From: Chiloscyllium plagiosum
Taxonomy: Eukaryota
Reading direction: 5' to 3'
Length of the DNA stretch: 41,267 nt
Assembly (NCBI RefSeq): GCF_004010195.1
Contig: NC_057760.1
Location: 1,568,963 to 1,610,229 of the forward strand
Under the pieces are notes generated by a model that saw only the letters and a list, made by a program, of their open reading frames with translations, was not told the origin of the DNA and ran no database searches. A program made the position numbers and the translations under genes. Shown piece after piece: positions 12,591 to 23,640 of the stretch. The stretch's first letter is position 1. Each line of letters begins with the position of its first letter.

Positions 12591-13424
12591 CGACCCAGAT
12601 GGTGGAATTTGAATTCAGTAAGAATCTGTAAGTAAGAATGTGATGATGACCATGAAACCGCAGTTTATTTTTTTTTTAAGAAAACCCCATCTGGTTCACT
12701 AATGCCTTCCAAGGAAGGCAACCTGCCAACCTTAACTGGCCGGGTCTACGTGTGACTCCACATCCACAGCAATGTGGTCGATTCTTAACTGCCCTCTAGC
12801 CAATTAGGGATGGGCAGTAAATGCTAGCCCAGTCAGTAGCGCCCACAACCCGTGAACATGTAAAATATAATTTCTCAGAAAGTTATGGATCAGGAGTAGG
12901 CCATTTAAGCCCTTGAGTCTGTTCCACCATTCAGCTTAGATTTAATGCTGAAGACCCGAGTGCGGTGTTTTGATCCCTCAGCTTTATGACTCAGCAGCAG
13001 TCGAAAGTAACCCCCCACTCCCCCACAAGGCCAGGGTGTAGCAGTGCAAGCCTCTATCGCCTGTTTAGACTCCCGGAATGATTTGGGGAACTTGCACGGC
13101 AGGGAGACCCCTCAACACATTTTTTTTTTAAACTGGAAGCTGAGAGCTGCTGTCTCATCTGATGAATGTTGCCAGTCTGTATCAGGCTGGGGAAGGGGAG
13201 GTAGAATTCTGTCCTTGGTATTTCCCCGTGCACTTTGCTGCTAAGGTGGGGATTTACAGCAGTCGCTTGATGACGATCTCGAGTACTGAAATTAAAACCA
13301 GCACCTCTTTCACTGAAACAGAAATGCCATCTTTCATTACACAACTACTTTGACACTCGTTGCTTGAGTGTTTCGCATTCATGGTTAGGCTTGGTGGCCT
13401 TTTTCTTATTGGAACAAAATTTTT

Positions 13425-14135
13425 CTTTTAATTCGTTTGTGGGACGTGAGCGTCACTGGCTGGCCAGTGTTTATTGCCCGTCCCTAGTTGCCCTTAACAA
13501 ACTGCCCCTCTTGAACTGCTGCAGTCCATGTGCTGCAGGCAAACCCATGATGCCCTTGAGGAGGTAATTCTAGGATTTTGTCTTAGCAACACTGAAGGAA
13601 GTGATACATTTCCAAATCAGGATGGTGAGGTGTTCGGAGGGGAACTTGGAGGGAATGTTGTTCCTATTTACTGCCTTTGTCCTTTTTAGATAGAAGTGGT
13701 CATGGGTTTGGAAGGATGACGTCTGAGAATTTTTGGTGAATTTCTGCAGCGCATCTTGTACCAACTGCTGATACTGAGCGTCAGTGGTGGAGGGCAAGGA
13801 TGTTTGTAGTGGTGCCAGTCAAGCTGACTGTTCTTTCCTGGATGGTGTCAAGCTTCTCAAGTCTTTTGGTAGTTAGGAGTATTCTTCTGACCTGTGCTTT
13901 GTAGATAGCAGATAGAGTGTGGAGGATCAGGAGGTGAGTTACTTGCTGCAGTATTCCTAGTCTCTGATCATGTGGCAATTGTATTTATATGGCAGGTTCA
14001 GTTGAGTTTCTGTTCAGTGATAATCCCCAGGAAGTTGATATTGGGGGATTCAGTGATAGTAACATTCCTAGAAAGTCAAGGGGCAGTGGTTAGATTGTCT
14101 CTTATTGGAGATGGTCATTGCCTGGCATAGTGTGA
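13425..14135 (-). mobile_element. Second LINE family (CR1/L2 group), 3' fragment
   Basis: Minus frame RLGILQQVTHLL...IYKAQVR...LEKLDTIQ (post-RT motif); its tail is shared with the second SINE family. Confidence 0.75.
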
Positions 14136-15153
14136 ATGTTCCTTGTACTTTGTGTATTGCTATTGGCAGGTGGGTTGCCAATAAAGTTCATTAGTTCTCA
14201 AAATTTGCCACTTGGGAGCAAGATATGTCTAGTAACTCAGAGGGTTTGGAGTTGTCAATCCCAGAGGGCTGTGGGCGCCCAGTCTTTATGCATATTTGAG
14301 GTAGAAATCAAAATATTTCTGGGGGCCAGTGGCATATGAGACTGTGGGGCTGACGTGATGAAGAAGTGATTGTGTTCAGTGGTGAGGCTGACACGACAGG
14401 TTGAAAGGGCTGCAGCAGTATGGCCTGCGATTCTGTCCTATGCTGGTAAACTGTGGAAATGGAAACTCTGCCCAAAGGAGGGGCACTCAGTGCACCCCCT
14501 GTGTTGTATTCAGAATGTTATCCCAACACCCCCCCCCCACCATAACACCACCCCCCCCCCCAAAACACCACCCCAATCCTCACTGCTCAGTGCCAATCCT
14601 CACTGCTCAGTGTTGGTGCAGAACTCGAGAAACCAGCAAAGATATTTCTCAATCCCATTCACATCCTCTCTTCAAAGACAGGAAATTGTCTGTACTTCCC
14701 CTTGCACTCAAATATCAATAAAATTCAAGAAAATGGAACCTTGAGCTCCAGACATTTGAGCCTTGGGTTGTTGAAATTTCACTCCGTTATGGTCGTCTTT
14801 TACAGTCAGTTTAGTTTTGGAGGCTCATAGCCTAGTGGCTACTTTTTAATGGTTTTGAATAATTTTGCAAGTTAGAATGCTGAAACAGGTCTTTAATGTT
14901 CAAAGGGGGAAGGTCAATAAGGTAGGAGAGAAGTAGATGTTTCCATTTGTAAGGAGACAAGAACGTGGGGCCCATCACTAATAAACATGGAGAATGGAGT
15001 CTTACTCCCTTGAGGAATGGAAGAGAATGAGGGATTTGCTCCCACGAGGAGTGATGAGGGGAGAATGGGGGACTCGCTCCCACAGGACGTGGGGGGAACA
15101 ATAGGGGACTCATTCCCATACGGAGTGGGAAGAGAATGGGGGGTTTCAGTCCC

Positions 15154-15293
15154 NNNNNNNNNNNNNNNNNNNNNNNNNNNNNNNNNNNNNNNNNNNNNNN
15201 NNNNNNNNNNNNNNNNNNNNNNNNNNNNNNNNNNNNNNNNNNNNNNNNNNNNNNNNNNNNNNNNNNNNNNNNNNNNNNNNNNNNNNNNNNNNN
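15154..15293. other. Assembly gap (140 N) inside a G-rich degenerate tandem repeat
   Basis: N run flanked by repeated ggggagaatggggactcgctccca-like units (about 14990-15335). Confidence 0.95.
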
Positions 15294-16544
15294 AGAATGG
15301 GAAACTCGCTCCCATGGGGAGCAGGGGAGAATGTGGGGTTTGGTCCAGCAGAGATAGGTCAAGGCCAGTAACAGAGATGCAGTGGAGAGAAAAGCTGCAT
15401 AAACCCAGGAGGAATAGAGAGTATGGGGTTGGAGGGGAGGGAGCTGCAGAGGGATGGAAATGAAGAGAGAGGGGTGTGAGGGGGAAGGCTGCTGTGGAGC
15501 AGGAACACTGGCACGGAGCACAGAGGGGTCAAATGACCTGTTTCTGTCCTGCAGAATAATTGTGATTTTTGGTATTTCTGATTTGTTTCATAAAATCTCT
15601 AAACATCCAGTTTGTAAAGTTTGGAACTGGTTTCCTGTGTGACTCTAAATATACAAGTCCAGGCTGTATTGACAGTGTGCTGGCAACATGGGGAAGTCAG
15701 GCATAGCTGTCTGTCGTCTGAATTTTCTCCAACTCCTGAAAGCCCAGAGCTGTGAGTAAGTTATGGTCAAGCACTCTGACTGGAAAATTTCCCCCAGTTT
15801 GCCGACCTTTATTTTGGTTGCGGTACTTGTTTGCTGAGCGAAATGTGAAACTAGGAGTTAAAGTGCAGTTGTTTCACTGTGAGTTCAGTGCTCGGATCTG
15901 TCCTGGAACGAAACGGGGGGGGGGGGGGAGATATTTAACTTTTCCACTTCTGTCCTTTTTACCCTTACCATCACTGGGGTGGCCTCTTTTCAACCTTTCC
16001 TCGGCATCCGATTCTGAAACCCGACTTGATTTTTTCCCCCTTTTTTGAATATTTCTTTCCCTCCGACCCACGCAAAGGGACATTGAGGTAAAGGCCCAGT
16101 AACATCTTGCCATGAAAGGGAGAGCCTTCTCGGTTCACGTTTCTATTGCCCTTGAATTTTTCTCTTAAAAGGACATGCTAACCCACTGTCTCACTTCTAA
16201 AATATTAGGAAGTTCCTTTTAAAATGAGGGAGAAAATTGCAGGTTTGAGAGCCAACCCAGCACTCGCTCAATTTGGGGAAGCCGCACGTTTGTGCCTGCA
16301 CCTGATCAGCAGAGATGCTGGAGTCTCCGTTTAGGGAAGGAAATGTACTGTCCCTTACCCGGCCTGGCCCATGTGTTGCTTTCTGTAGGCCCAAAACAGT
16401 CTGGAAGATTCTTAACTGCTTTCTGAAGCAACCCAAACAAGTGTTTGTTGTCTGTCTTCAGCGTCTTTCTCATTTCGGAAGGCCGTTAAGAGTGAAACAC
16501 GCCGCTGTGGATTCACATGTTGAGTCAGAGAGGTTTTTTTTTTA

Positions 16545-17180
16545 GTGGCAGAGTACTAGGCCCTTCAGCCTATCATGTCTGTCTGGTCATCAGCTCCAAT
16601 CCTATTTTTTTTAGCACTTGACCCCTAGCCTTGGATGATATGGAGTTTTAGGTGTTCATCTGAATGCTTCTTAGATGCCTTGAGAATTCCTACCTCTATG
16701 AACCTGTTATGCATTGAGTTCCAGATGCCCACAGCCCTCTGGGTAGTCATAAAGCTACGAAACAGATCCTTTGGTCCAACCAGTCCCTGCCAACCATAAT
16801 CTCAAACTAAACTAGGCCCATCTGCCTGCACTTGGTCCATGTTCCTTCAAACATTTCTTATTCTTGGATTAATCCAAATGTCTTTTAAACATTGTAACTG
16901 TACCCACTTCCACACACACACACTATTCTCAGTGTAATAAAAGAAAATTGCCCCCATGACTTCTTCAAATTTTTCGCCTCTCACGTTAAAAAAATCCCCC
17001 TAGTCTTGAATTACCCCACCCTAGAGAAAAGACTCTTGCTATTCACCCGATCTATACCCCTCAGGATTTTATAAACCTCTATAAGGCCATCCCTCAACCT
17101 CCTACACTCCTGTGAAAAAGTCCCAGCCTATCCAGCCACTCTTACAACTCAAACCCTCCATTCCTGGCAACATCCTGGTG
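16545..17180 (-). mobile_element. Two adjacent CR1-type LINE 3' fragments
   Basis: ggcccttcagcc and gaaacagatcctttggtccaacc tails plus ttttataaacctctataagg (reverse complement of LIEVYK). Confidence 0.75.
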
Positions 17181-17194
17181 AAAAGATTTTTCCA

Positions 17195-17535
17195 AGGGAG
17201 GCAATGGCCCAGTGGTATAATTAAGGAATTGTTAATGTTCTGGGGACCTGCGGACTCAAACATTTGAATCCTGCCTGCCATGGCAGATGGTGGAATTTGA
17301 ACTCAGTAAAAATCTGGAAACGTGAGCCTAATGATGACTGTGAATTGATTGTCGGAAAACCCTGTCTGGTTCCCTAACGTCCTTTAGGGAAGGAGAGTGA
17401 CATCCTCACCTGGTCTGGCCTACATGTCACTCCAGACCCACAGCACTGTGGTTAATTCTTAACTACAGCCTGGGTAAGTAGGGATGGACAATAAATGCTA
17501 ACCTAGCCAGCAATGCCCTCATCATGTGAATACAT
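17195..17535 (+). mobile_element. tRNA-derived SINE, second family, near full length
   Basis: gggaggcaatggcccagtgg head, ggcagatggtggaatttga body, gggatggacaataaatgct tail; other copies at ~9735-9895(-), 10420-10550(-) and 12595-12860(+). Confidence 0.75.
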
Positions 17536-17969
17536 TTTTTTTTAAATCCCCTCCTGCTCCTTATCTTAAAACCATGCCCTGTGGTTATTGACCCCTCTAC
17601 TAAAGGGAGAGGTTTCTCACTATCTACCTTGTCTATGCCCCACAGACAGGGTAGACCTCAATCAGAACATTGCCCTCTGCCTCCTCTGCTCTTAGGAAAA
17701 CAGCCCCAGCCTATCTAGTCTCTCTTCGTTGCTGAATATCTCCTGACTGGGCAACATCCTGGTGAAATTCCTCTGCCTCTACCATGCCTCTACGTCACGC
17801 AATCACATTGTTCCTCGAGTGTGGCGACCAGAACTGCGCACGGTAGGAGTTTGTCTTAATTCGTCAGCGCAAACTTTGTAGGCCAGACATGTAAGGACGA
17901 CAGATTTCCTTCCGGAAAGGAATTGAATGAATTTCAGTGAAGATCGAGGGTGATTGTCTAAGAAGAAGG

Positions 17970-18232
17970 AATAAGGGGTGAGCCATTCAGGACTGAGATG
18001 AGGAAGCATTTCTTCACTCGGAGAGTTGTGAACATGTGGAATTCTCTCCCACTGAAAGCTGTTGGGGCCAGCTCGTTAGGTATATTCGGGAGGGAGTTGG
18101 GAGTGGCGCTTGCAGCTAAAGGGATCAAGGGGTGTGGAGAGAAAGCGGGACTGGGATACTGAGATCGCACGATCAGCCATGGTAGACCAGGCTCGAAGGG
18201 CCGAATGGCCTGCTCCTGTACGTATTTTCTAT
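17970..18232 (+). mobile_element. CR1-type LINE 3' fragment
   Basis: RKHFFTRRVVNMWNSLP motif and gggccgaatggcctgctcctg tail. Confidence 0.85.
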
Positions 18233-18473
18233 GTCACCGTTGGCAAGAATGGCTTTCAACTCCATGTTTTATTCATTGAACTAAAATTTCCTCATGGTGG
18301 GACTAGAGTCCTTTTCCCCAGAGGGTTAGTGGGGAGAGATTGCCAGCTCAGTGACGTTACCACAATGCTCCCTCAATGGTTCTCTCTGCCCAGTCCTGTG
18401 GCTATGCAGGGCGCCATACAAAGGGATTCAGACTCCGGTAACGGCCTGTATCTGTTCTCTGCAGGGGTCCAAC

Positions 18474-19534
18474 ATGGGAGCAGCCGAGGACGAGCTGATT
18501 GGGATCCCTTTCCCGGAGCACAGCAACGAGCTGCTGCATAGCCTCAATGAGCAGAGGCGCAAGGGGCTGCTCTGCGACCTGACCATCGTGGCTCAGGGGC
18601 TGGAGTACCAGACTCACCGGGCAGTGCTGGCCGCCTGCAGCCAGTACTTCAGGAAGCTGTTCACCGCCAGGCCCTTCCGAGGCCAGCGGGACGTCTGCGA
18701 GCTGGACTTTGTGCGTCCCCGGGTGCTGGGTGCCCTCCTGGAGTTTGCCTACACGGCCACTCTGACGGTCAGCAGCTCGGACATGAGGGAGGTGCTGCAG
18801 GCGGCCCGCCTGCTGGAGATCCAGTGCGTGACCGATGCCTGCGCTGACATCCTGCAGAGCAGTGGCGCCTCTGAGCCACCGCAGCCCACCCCTGACCCAC
18901 CAGCCATCTACGCCGGAGCCAGCCTGTACCCGGAAGGTCCTGCCCAGGAGGAGGCAGCAGCAGTGGCTGCCGCGGCCGATCTACAGACGCTGGAGGTGCC
19001 CAAGGTCCGGCGCCGCAAGAGGCCCAAGAAGCCGCCCCGTCTCTCGCTGAACCACCGCGGCAGGAGCCTGTACCGGATTGTCCAGCCGCTGCAGACCTCC
19101 ATGGATACAGACGCCGAGCTGGACCGGAGGCACCCAGAGGCTTGCCTGGGAGAGCAGGAGTGCAGCCCCGGGGCTGGCGGCCAGCAGGAGGGCGAGGGGG
19201 ATGGGGGTTTCCTCGCCGAGGAGGGAGGGGGACTGTCTTGTCACCAGCTGGCCCCCTCCTCCTCCCCTCTCCTCCCTCTCGCCGGCGACGAAGAGAGCGC
19301 CGAGCTACCCGCCTCCACTTACCTGAGCCTGGTCAGCAACGGTCTCCTCAGCGACGGGCCACTTTCCGCGCTCGACAGGGCCCCAGGGACCCGCCGCAGG
19401 AAGTCGCAGATGCCCCAGGAGTGCCCCATCTGCCACAAGGTCATCCACGGAGCGGGCAAGCTCCCGCGGCACATCCGCACCCATACCGGTGAGAAGCCGT
19501 TCGCTTGCCAGGTCTGTGGCGTCCGCTTCACCAG
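18474..19534 (+). CDS. ZBTB7B: ZBTB7B (ThPOK/cKrox) first coding exon: BTB/POZ domain, linker, zinc finger 1 and first half of finger 2
   Basis: Acceptor tctctgcAG ends at 18464, followed by gggtccaacATG (ATG at 18474). Translation MGAAEDELIGIPFPEHSNELLHSLNEQRRKGLLCDLTIVAQGLEYQTHRAVLAACSQYF (ZBTB7-type BTB) and KSQMPQECPICHKVIHGAGKLPRHIRTHTGEKPFACQVCGVRFTR, the ZBTB7B-type rather than ZBTB7A/C-type sequence. Donor AG|gtatgt after 19534, phase 2. Confidence 0.96.
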
Positions 19535-19639
19535 GTATGTCGTTCTCTGCACTGCAGGCAACGTGACGTGGGTCAAGATAGGGAGAGCTGGTTACACTCA
19601 CCCTTTTACTAGCCAGACTACCCTCTTGTGCTCCCCCCG

Positions 19640-20205
19640 GTCGCACTTTCTCTGGCTCTCTCTCTCGCACTCTCTCCCTCTCTCTCTCACTCGCACTTTT
19701 CTTCACTCTCTCTTACTCATATGTTCGTCTCTCTTTCTCTCTTTCCCTCTCACTCGCACTTTTCATCTCTCTCTTAAATGTTCGTCTCTCTTTTTCTTTC
19801 TCTCTCTCTCTCGCTTCTCGCTCTCTGTCACACTATATCTCCCTCACACACTTTCTCTTTTTCTGTCGCCCTCTCTGTTCCCACCACCACCCTCTCCATC
19901 TTATCCACTTTGTCCTTGTCTTCTTTCCAACAGCTTTGTTCCCTCACTATCACCCTGTCTCCTTATGTCTCCCCATCCCCTCCATCCCAATATCTCTCTC
20001 TGTCTTTCCCTCTTCCCTGTCTCATTCTTCTCAACTCTCTCACTTCCCACGTTTGAATGTATTGTGTCCCTCTCTCTCCCAGCTGTCTCCCTCTCCCTTC
20101 TTTACTGATTCTTGCCCACCCACCACTCTCTCTCAATCTCTCTCTATCTATCTCTCTCTCCCTTTTCCCTTCCTCATCTGCTTGCCTTCTTTCCTATCCC
20201 TCCCA
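19640..20205 (+). repeat. CT-rich low-complexity tract in the ZBTB7B intron
   Basis: Long (CT)n-like polypyrimidine sequence; it accounts for the spurious Leu/Ser extension of the 585-aa ORF. Confidence 0.9.
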
Positions 20206-20276
20206 CTGTCTGTCCGGATGCTCTGAAGCCCCTATACTAACGGGTGTTGAGAAAGTTTGTAACTCAGGTTGAAGTT

Positions 20277-20412
20277 CTGGATGTAGGTTTGCTCGCTGAG
20301 CTGGAAGGTTCATTTTCAGACGTTTCGTCACCATACTAGGTGACGTCATCAGTGATGTGATGGTGACAAAACATCTGAAAATACACCTTTCAGCAAGCAA
20401 ACTTACATCCAG
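20277..20412. mobile_element. Fold-back Penelope-derived element with an intact hammerhead core on the minus strand (20316-20355)
   Basis: Terminal arms ctggatgtaggtttgctcgctga / tcagcaagcaaacttacatccag; the minus strand reads tca-CTGATGA-c-GTCACC-tagtat-GGTGAC-GAAA-CGTC-tga. Confidence 0.8.
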
Positions 20413-20724
20413 CCTCCATATTCTCTCCCACCTACCCTTCTTGTGATCCGTCACCTCACAGCCAGCCCATCTCCCCATGCCTCAGCTCCCTCCAACCCCA
20501 TTTCTTTCCTTTCCTTCCTTCCGCCTCATCTCATTCCCCTTCTTTGCTTTCTGTCCTCTTCCCTCTGCCATTTTGTTGCCTGCCCCCAGAGCCTCCACCA
20601 CTCAATATGATAATGGCCGATCATCTAACTCAGTACCACGAACCCACAATCTCCCCTGTATCTTTTTCAACTAAAACCAGGACTGAGTTATTTTCCCATT
20701 TATTTTTTGTAATGTGATGCTTGG

Positions 20725-20931
20725 CATGGGTTTCCTCTGGGTGCTCCGGTTTCCTCCCACAGTCCCAAGATGTGCAGGTCAGGTGAATTGGTCATGCTAA
20801 ATTGCCCGTAGTGTTAGGTAAGGGGTAAACGTAAGGGTATGGGTGGGTTGCGCTTCGGCGGGGCGGTGTGGACTTGTTGGGCCGAAGGGCCTGTTTCCAC
20901 ACTGTAAGTAATCTAATCTAATCTAATCTAA
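20725..20931 (+). mobile_element. 5'-truncated HE1-type SINE with (AATCT)n tail
   Basis: gggtttcctctgggtgctccggtttcctcccacagtccc ... gggccgaagggcctgtttccacactgtaagtaatctaatctaatct. Confidence 0.9.
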
Positions 20932-21071
20932 TTTATTGCCCATCCCTATTTGCCTCCTTGGGGGGGGTGCGGAGCTGCCTCCTTGAATCCCTGAGGTGCA
21001 GATGACCCCTCCACCCAGTATTAGCATTGCCTTGTTTCACATCATGGCTTCAGTGGGCCAGAGCAATGAAT

Positions 21072-21570
21072 TATAGAATCCCTACAGTGCATAAAGAGGC
21101 CATTTCCCCCTTCGACCCTTCAAAGAGCTTTCTGCTCGACCCCCTCCAATCCCACATCCTATCCCCGTAACACCACATTTCCTTGGCTAACCCACCTTAG
21201 CCTGCAATCCTTGGGCACTATGGGACAATGTAACGTGGCCAATCCACCCGAACTTGCACATCCCTGGGCACTATGGGACAATTTAGCATGACCAATCCAC
21301 CCTAACCTGCACATACCTGGACACTACGGGACAATTTAGCACCTAACCTGCACATCCCTGGGCACTACGGGACAATTTAGCATGGCCAATCCACCCTAAC
21401 CTACTCACCTTTTGGACTGTGGGAGGAAACCGGAGCACCCGGAGGAAATCCATGTAGATACGGGGGGGGGGGGGACAATGTCTGTGTGGAGTTTGCACAG
21501 TTGCCCTGAGGCTGAATTGAACCCGGGTCCCCGGCTCTGTGCGGCAGCGGTGCTAACCACTGTGCCGCCC
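21072..21570 (-). mobile_element. HE1-type SINE with internal tandem expansion
   Basis: tRNA-like head at 21500-21570(-); about four 53-bp units at 21212-21402; tagaatccctacagtg tail. Confidence 0.85.
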
Positions 21571-21809
21571 AGTGGTGGTTGGATATTTGGCCATGAGAGG
21601 CATCGCATTGCCCCCTCGTGTTCCAGGAGTAGCACAGGGTTGGGGGATGAGGTGGGAGGAGGGGTGTTGGGGGAAGCACAGGGTTCCATTTGGGGACAGG
21701 TGTAGGGGGGGATTAGACTGCGGCGACCCGTGGGAAACTGTGCTTGTTCTGAACCCTGTCTTCCTCTTGTTTTCCCCTCGCGGTCTCGTGCCCATCTCGG
21801 AATCCGCAG

Positions 21810-22860
21810 GAATGACAAGCTGAAGATTCACATGAGGAAACACACGGGCGAGAGGCCGTACTCATGCACCTGCTGTGATGCTCGCTTCCTCCACAGCTAT
21901 GACCTGAAGAACCACGCCCGGCTCCACACTGGGGACAGGCCCTTTGAGTGCAGCCAGTGCCGGAAGGCCTTTGTACGTATTGACCATCTCCAGCGACACC
22001 TGAAGGGCCAGAACTGTCTGGAGATCCGCACCAGGAAGCGCCGGGGTGACAGCCAGGGACCACAGGAGCACCTGGTCAACTGGGAGCACTCAGGAATGGA
22101 TGGCACCTTCCCAGAGGAGTACAGGATCGAGAGAGAGACCCTAGGAATGGACTGTGTCTTCCCAGAGGGATACAGGATCAAGAGGGAGACCCATGGAATA
22201 GACGGTGCATTCCCAGAGGAATATGGAATTGAGAAGGAAACCCCGGGAATCGACAGTGCATTCCCAGAGGACTATGGGATCAAGAGGGAGCCCTCGGGGA
22301 CAGACAGGAAATTCCCGGAGGGATATGGGATCAAGAGGGAATCCCCAGGAATCGACGGTGCATTCCCAGAGGACTATGGGATCAAAAGGGAGCCCTCGGG
22401 GACAGACAGGAAATTCCCGGAGGGATATGGAATCAGGAGCGAGTCCCCAGGGATTGATGGTGCGATCCCAGAGGGATATGGGATCAAGAAGGAGCCCTCG
22501 GGGGCAGATAGGAATTTCCCAGAGGGATATGGGATCAGGAGCGAGTCCCCAGGGATTGATGGTGCGATCCCAGAGGGATATGGGATCAAGAAGGAGCCCT
22601 TGGGGATCAGCAGGAAATTTCCAGAGGGATACAGGATCAAGAAGGAGCCTCTGGCAATAGATTGTACCTTTCCCGAGGGATACAGGATCAGGGGGGCACC
22701 TCTGGGACTAGACGGCACATTCCCAGAGCGATACAGGATGACAGTGGAGCCCCCACAAACAGAAGGAGACAGTGACCAGGATGACTTGCGAGTTTGGGGC
22801 CACAGCACTGTCAAGTGGAATAGTCAGCCAGGGGAAGACATCCTGGTGGATCCCTCATAA
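21810..22860 (+). CDS. ZBTB7B: ZBTB7B last coding exon: rest of finger 2, fingers 3-4, tandem 17-aa repeat tail, stop
   Basis: Acceptor ccgcAG at 21808-21809; phase matches the previous exon (AG+G=Arg). [78 protein letters not shown] is diagnostic of ThPOK. TAA ends at 22860. Spliced CDS 2112 nt = 703 aa. Confidence 0.95.
22108..22755 (+). repeat. Coding minisatellite, 51-bp / 17-aa unit (consensus [17 protein letters not shown]), 12 full copies plus a partial 13th
   Basis: Units start at 22108 and every 51 nt up to 22720, with no frameshift or stop. Middle units alternate PSGTDRK-type and SPGIDGA-type ends. Confidence 0.95.
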
Positions 22861-23074
22861 TCTGACCAAGCACAGTTATATTTTTTTATAGATTGCTGCA
22901 AAACTCCCCTGCTCAAACCTTTGCATATTATCTGCTTCAGTGGGACTGTGAAGCAGGCTGTGGGAGGCAGGGTTTTTTTAAAATATGCTTTAAGCCGTTC
23001 AGGACAAGTGTCTGCCTCTATGCACCTTTTTAATGTTTCTGGGATAAGTGGCAACTTTTGCAATGAAACACTGT

Positions 23075-23640
23075 TTTTGTGTGTGTTTGTATATGTCTAA
23101 GTGAATGTGTGTATACTTGCGTAAAGTGCAAGTGAGCGTGTGTACTTGTATGTGTCTGAGTGAATGTGTACATGCGAGTGTACAGTGTGTGCATGTGTTT
23201 GTGTGTCTGAGTGAATGTGCGTGGACTTGTGCAAGTGTACAAGCATGCATGTGTTTGTGTGCATGAATGTGTGTGTAAGTCTGCATGTTATGTGTATGCG
23301 GTAGAAATTGTGTGTACTTGTGTAAATGTGCAAGTGTGTGCACATATGTTTGTGTGAATGTGTACGCATGTGTAAATATGTATGCATTTGATTCTGAGTC
23401 AATGTCTTTGTACATGTTTAAATGTGCGTGTGTGTGCATGCATTTGTGTGAATGAATGTGTACACGTGTGTAAATATTTGTGTCTGCATTTGGTGAGTGA
23501 GTGAATGTGTGTGTGTGTGCTTTTGTAAATGTGCGAATGTGTGGCTGAGTGAATGTGTGCGTGGAGGTGTGAAAATGTGCGAGCATCTGATATGTATGTA
23601 TATGTCTGTACCTGTGACTGTGTGTATGTATGTCTGAGAT
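23075..23640 (+). repeat. Degenerate (TG)n tract
   Basis: About 560 nt of alternating TG/CA/TA dinucleotides. Confidence 0.9.

Noticed and set aside
18351..20108. 585-aa ORF as a single-exon protein
   Set aside because: The true start is ATG 18474 after a splice acceptor; past the donor at 19534 the ORF is CT-rich intron read-through.
22205..22814. Overlapping alternative-frame and antisense ORFs in the ThPOK repeat
   Set aside because: Expected when a stop-free 51-bp unit is tandemly repeated; no independent evidence of coding.
18474..22860. ZBTB7A or ZBTB7C identity
   Set aside because: [29 protein letters not shown] and KGQNCLE motifs plus DCST2 adjacency indicate ZBTB7B.
22999..23586. 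His/Thr-rich 195-aa ORF
   Set aside because: Translation of the (CA)n-like strand of a degenerate microsatellite.
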